Assembly (NCBI RefSeq): GCF_902713615.1
Contig: NW_024055490.1
Location: 653,262 to 717,261 of the forward strand
Origin: Scyliorhinus canicula
Lineage: Eukaryota
Reading direction: 5' to 3'
DNA length: 64,000 bases
Part shown: piece by piece, positions 61,125 to 64,000 of the stretch
How positions within the stretch are numbered: position 1 is the first letter of the stretch
How the letters are laid out: every line of letters starts with the position of its first letter
The notes under the pieces: model-generated
What the model was told of the DNA's origin: nothing
The model's database searches: none
Seen by the model: the letters and a program-made list of their open reading frames with translations, nothing else
Made by a program: the position numbers and the translations under genes

Positions 61125-62079
61125 TGTTTTTCTAATTTCACCTATATGTTTTAGAATTCCCTTTATACCAAAGAACCTTACGGGCCAATATTCTAAAAAC
61201 GGCGAACAGGGAACTACCTCCCTGACTCCAGTACAGGCCTCTGAGAGTGCTAATCGGGTCAAACTCTCCTTTCAAGTTATCCCCCGGTATAACTCCTACC
61301 TTCACTGAAGAATTTTACTTACTTACCCCTTAATGGCATTGATGTCCAGGGTCCTGCGTTCTTAAGGAAGTGAAGTAAGCTAATAACCACTTTTTCAGGT
61401 TAAATTATTTTATTATTAACATACTCTTTTTATCTCATTAAATTAAACACATTATTTACTTTTTGATGTTGTCTGGTTGGTTGGTGAGGCCTTCAGACTC
61501 TCTCTCTCTCTCTTTCACTTTCAAGCCTCCTGGTCATCTCTCCTGGTGCAGTTTTCTCTTTTCCTCCTCTTCTGTCTTCTGTGGCTGCTGCTCGGCCGTC
61601 TTCCTTCTGGTCTGGTCTGGTCTTTTGGGCCGCTTCTCTCCTGGGCCTTCCCTCTCCTGGGCCGCTGCTCCTGCTGTCCTTCTTGCTTCTTCGGGTGCCG
61701 CTGGTGTTCTGCTGCTGGTGTCTTTGTTCTTGCTTCTTGCCTCGTGGGGAGAAAAAGGGGAGGAGTCTGAAGTCCACGCTGGTTTCTTTGTTTCAGCTGT
61801 TCTGATCGGGACGTCTGATAAGGATCGGACTTCGGGTCTTAAAGGGGCAGTCCATCACAATTTTCCAACAACACAAAGAGATTTTTAAAAACTTTTTTCT
61901 TTTGCCTTTCTCCTGCTGTAGGTTGTAATAACCATTCTGATAGACTGAAATTGCTGCCCACAGTTTCTGTGCCCTTCAGCTGCCACCAACCTCTTGTGGG
62001 ATCTTTCCCTGCACTCTCCCCGATCAGATGTTGGCAGACCTCTATGTTTCAAATGACACATTCTGTATTTTCCAGAACA
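61125..62079 (-). repeat. 5' LTR (955 bp)
   Basis: TGTTCTGG..AAAAACA; contains the donor-like site GGG|GTAAGT at 61327|61326. Confidence 0.95.
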
Positions 62080-64000
62080 GGTTCTAATGCAGGGGTTACT
62101 GTTACAGGGTAAATATTCATAATAACGGAGACAGGGTGTGCAGCAATGATTCATGGAGGGGTGTCCAGAACCAGGGACACAGTCTAAGGATATAGATGAG
62201 CAGAAATTTATTGACCTAGAGTGATGAGCCTGTGAAATTATCTCCCACACAAAACAGTTGAGGCCAAAACTTTGTATATTTGCTGGAAGGAATTATATAT
62301 ATAGCTCTTGTGGCTTTAGGGATCATAGGATATGGAGGGAAAGCGAGAACAGTTTACTGAGTTGGATGATCAGCCACGATCAGAATGAATGGAAGAGCAA
62401 GTTCAAGGGACCGAACGGCCTACTCCTTCACCTATTGTCCATGCTTCTATACCTCTATTGTTCTATGTAATGCAAGAAAACCTAAATTATATATAAACTG
62501 AAACAGGATCTAGTACAGTAATTCCTGACACAGGGTCTAGATTAATATAAACTGAGACAAGGTCAAGTGCAGTGATTTCTGATGGGGGGTGTCTTCAGTA
62601 ATGTAAATTTAGACAGGGTTCTAGTACACTCATTGTTGATAGAGCGTTGAGATTACTATAAAGTGGGTCAGATTCTAGTGGCGAAGCGAGACAGGGTCGA
62701 TTGCAGGGTCGGCCCAAGATTAATGTTAATCAATGAAGGGCCGAGTGTGGTGTTCACCGTTAAATGGTTGAGATTTTATGCATTAATACATATGTGCATT
62801 TTTTTCTGAGCCTTTGTGTTTGTGGCCATTTTCACACCAAAATCCTGCACAAATAATTCCTTTGTTTTATACACCGATTAATGGGATGGAGCATGGGGAA
62901 CTTTTCTCTCCACATACCCTGCATTTTTCCTGCTCTGCGAGTACCTGATAGTACGCCAAAAAAGAAGCTTTACTCTGTCCCTTACATGTGCTTTACCTGT
63001 CCTTCGCACGTCAGATGGCGGATGTTGTGGAGGGGGCTTTATTCTGTACTGTACCTGTCCTTCGAGTATTTGAGGGGAGATTGTTAAGGGAAGTTTACTC
63101 AGTAACTAAATCTTTACTGTTGATGCCCTGGGAGTATAAAATGGGACAGGTTTCAGGAAGCTTTATTCTTCATCTCTTCCTGTGATGCATTTGGCCTGAG
63201 AGTGTTTGCTGGTTCAGAGTGCAGGAAGCTTTGCTCTGTATACAACCCCGTCCTGTACCTGACCTGCGAGAATTAGACGGAATAGTTTAGACAAGCAGAG
63301 CGTTACTGAACCTGCCCTTGGAATCCTGATGGGACACGGGGAATGGAAAGGTCTGGGACAAATATCTTAATGTCTGTGTAATATATGAAAAGTGGGGAAA
63401 ATTGATGCTCAGGTGATGAAAGGGGCAGGAGCAGAATGTACACAACAGCGACTAAGGGACAGAATACAGTGTACCTGTTAACAATTGTTTCAGATTGGGT
63501 GGGGTACAGAGTGTTATTCTCCAGTGGGTAATATTAGCAGCATTGTTTTTCCTGTTATATATTAATAGACAGGACTCGGGACTCGGGTTCACAGGATATC
63601 AATTCAAAAGTTGCATTTGTATCCCAAATTGACAATGTAGTAAACAGGAAAGAGGATTACGTACATAGATACATAGAAGTTAGGAGCAGGAGGAGGCTTT
63701 TTGGCCCTTCGAGCCTGCTCCGCCATTTATCACGATCATAGCTGATCATCCAACTCAATAGCCTAACCCTGCTTTCTCCCTACAACCATTGATCTCATTC
63801 TCCCCAAGTGCTATATCTAGCCGCCTCTTGAATATATTAAATGTTTTCTGATCAACTATTTCCTGTGCTAATGAATTCCACTAGCTCACCACTCTTTGGG
63901 TGAAGAAATGTCCCCTCAACTCTGTCCGAAATGAATCCTGAATCCTCAGACTATGGCCCCTGGTTCTGGACACACACATCATCGGTAACATCTTCCCTCC

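Larger units (their letters stand above)
52850..62079 (-). mobile_element. Endogenous foamy(spuma)-like retrovirus, 9,230 bp, two LTRs, no recognisable env
   Basis: LTRs TG..CA at 61125-62079 and 52850-53805; TSD GGTT at 52846-52849 and 62080-62083; Lys-type PBS; Gag with GYNLR and GR box; PR-RT-tether-RNase H-integrase. Confidence 0.9.

Overview
Vertebrate genomic DNA, most likely a cartilaginous fish (catshark-like, inferred from the abundant HE1/V-SINE-type SINEs and shark-style C2H2 gene modules). It is not prokaryotic and contains no CRISPR array. From left to right: an internally deleted Gmr1-like Gypsy LTR element (729-5230, -); a full-length decayed L1 followed by a second L1 3' fragment (6.7-14.1 kb, +); a duplicated pair of C2H2 zinc-finger genes, one pseudogene and one intact 14-finger ORF, with CpG-rich promoter modules and a hAT MITE carrying a G-rich minisatellite (14-27 kb); a small tRNA cluster that includes an intron-bearing tRNA-Pro(TGG) (30-32 kb); four T-cell receptor alpha/delta-type V segments, two intact with 23-RSS and two pseudogenes, one of them inverted (32.5-36.8 kb); a CR1 LINE interrupted by a pre-tRNA-Pro(CGG)+SINE chimera (46-50 kb); a 229-N gap; and a 9,230-bp, very young foamy(spuma)-like endogenous retrovirus (52850-62079, -). 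The provirus has near-identical LTRs, a 4-bp TSD, a tRNA-Lys-type PBS, a GYNLR motif and GR box in Gag, and a dual-RNase-H Pol. It has no recognisable env, but carries an extra 5' ORF, a decayed U3-spanning reading frame, and an array of eight 22-bp hairpin/HSE-like repeats with variable spacers directly behind the PBS. All calls come from reading the sequence by eye; no database searches were run.
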